Below are positions 45,560 to 45,688 of a stretch of DNA of 45,688 nucleotides, piece by piece. The notes under the pieces were generated by a model, which had not been told where the DNA came from, made no database searches, and was given only the letters and a program-made list of their open reading frames with translations. Positions within the stretch are counted from its first letter, which is position 1, and each line of letters begins with the position of its first letter. Both the position numbers and the translations under genes were made by a program. This DNA comes from a bacterium (lineage in GTDB: Bacteria; Desulfobacterota; DSWW01), in the NCBI GenBank assembly GCA_040756235.1, contig JBFLZG010000037.1:1-45688 (forward strand), read 5' to 3'.

Positions 45560-45688
45560 TCAGTTCAAGAGGTAGGTGAGGGCCACGGCGACCTGGTCGC
45601 GGTCGCGGAACAGGCCGAAGTTGGCAAAGCTGCCCATGATGGTGCTGTACTGGACCATGAAGCGGAACGGCTCGTACACGAAGTTGAC
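45560..45688 (-). CDS. 3' end of a probable outer-membrane beta-barrel protein (DUF1302-like), partial
   Basis: Manual translation VNFVYEPFRFMVQYSTIMGSFANFGLFRDRDQVAVALTYLLN*; DRD plus alternating hydrophobic C-terminal strand. Confidence 0.55.
   Translation of the reverse strand, partial: VNFVYEPFRFMVQYSTIMGSFANFGLFRDRDQVAVALTYLLN

Overview
High-GC, gene-dense window, probably from an anaerobic Deltaproteobacteria/Desulfobacterota-type organism (inferred from gene content and repeat types). The left part (+ strand) has an SCP2 lipid-binding protein, an acyl-CoA synthetase, an acyl-CoA dehydrogenase, a secreted PD40 beta-propeller, TetR and an SDR. These are followed by a methylmalonyl-CoA pathway cluster: carboxyltransferase, small accessory protein, 5S/biotin-carrier fusion, split B12 mutase, epimerase, two-subunit fumarase and SdhCDAB. 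The middle has a Cys-rich membrane protein, an old-yellow-enzyme (OYE) with an atypical active-site motif, a GAF kinase / sigma54 activator / receiver / cNMP module and a secreted HAF-repeat protein. The right part (- strand) is a ~16 kb cluster: Fe-S flavin OYE, EtfA, EtfB, DUF3237, one AcxABC-like ketone carboxylase, a beta-keto acid cleavage enzyme (BKACE), then a second diverged AcxABC-like set. The 3' end of a DUF1302-like outer-membrane gene lies upstream. This double carboxylase plus BKACE cluster is the best candidate for an undescribed anaerobic methyl-ketone catabolic system. Intergenic regions hold several nested palindromic or MITE-like repeat families, including a 280-bp element with terminal inverted repeats and compensatory base changes. 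No rRNA, tRNA, CRISPR array or transposase was seen.
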